A stretch of 64,000 bases of DNA, from assembly GCF_009914755.1 (NCBI RefSeq), contig NC_060936.1; one strand, given 5' to 3'. Shown in pieces: positions 63,115 through 64,000 of the stretch (its first letter is position 1; each line of letters begins with the position of its first letter). This DNA comes from the human T2T-CHM13v2.0 reference genome, Homo sapiens. The notes beneath the pieces were generated by a model. That model was not told the DNA's origin. It saw nothing but the letters and a program-made list of their open reading frames with translations, and made no database searches. Made by a program: the position numbers and the translations under genes.

Positions 63115-63209
63115 AATCTTGTCAATTGTTTTTGTTCATGTGTCTATTGGGATCTTTGTGGGGTTAACTAGTTGTCTGTATGAGATCTTTATATATCACA
63201 AAGAAGTTT

Positions 63210-63462
63210 TTCTTCCTTTTATTTTAGATTCATGGAGTACCTGTGCAGGTTTGTTACATGAGTATATTACGTGATGCTGAGGTTTGGGCCTCTAATGATC
63301 CTGTCGCCCAAGTAGTGAATATAGTAGCCAATAGGTAGTTTTTCGACCCTTCTGTCCCCCATCCCCTTCCCCACCTTGTGGAACCCCCAGTGTCTACTGT
63401 TCCCATCTTTGTGTCCTTGTGTACCCAATGTTTAGCTCCCACTTCTAATGGGAGATGTGTGA
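63210..63462 (-). mobile_element. L1PA13-16-like 3' end
   Basis: gtgcaggtttgttacatg.gtatatt.cgtgatgctgaggtttggg; TSD atatcacaaaga(a/c)gttt. Confidence 0.85.
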
Positions 63463-63483
63463 GCATATCACAAAGACGTTTAA

Positions 63484-63792
<309 letters not shown>

Positions 63793-64000
63793 TATCTTTC
63801 ATTTTTCAATGAATATTTTCACCACATTTTTTATGTGCTGTTTAACTTTGCTCCTTTTCCTTTGACATACGAAAGTTTTACATTTATGAACAAATATTTA
63901 ACAAATATTTCTCAGGCTGCCCGCATAATGCAAGGGATTGTTTTAGGCCAAAAACTCTCTGAATACTTAGATAATTCCTGTTCTTGGATTCCCTGCTACC

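Overview
Primate (human-like, catarrhine) genomic DNA with no recognisable host protein-coding exon, RNA gene or CpG island. It is dense in interspersed repeats: about 30 Alus (J/S/Y), one full-length inactive L1PA4/5-type LINE-1 (4229-10368, minus strand, 12-bp TSD), many MaLR (THE1, MLT1), ERVL (MLT2, MER21, LTR16-like) and ERV1 (MER4, MER50) solo LTRs, old L1M/L2/MIR relics, and DNA transposon relics (MER5A, MER63, Tigger3, a Charlie/Buster transposase fragment). The only real coding homologies are L1 ORF1/ORF2/ORF0 and the decayed hAT transposase; the other ORFs in the track look like repeat-derived noise. The strongest structural signal is a ~1.5 kb inversion (52981-54500) between two oppositely oriented MER50 LTRs. 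Their 4-bp target-site duplications are reciprocally swapped, and an L2 element split by the left LTR continues on the opposite strand at the far end of the spacer. Other notable items are two long fold-back hairpins within ~600 bp (46711-46780, 47319-47382), a 195-bp internal tandem duplication of an Alu, a perfect 74-bp tandem duplication, and a solo poly(A) insertion with TSD. Repeat subfamily names come from recalled consensus motifs, not a database search. Boundaries of old elements are approximate.
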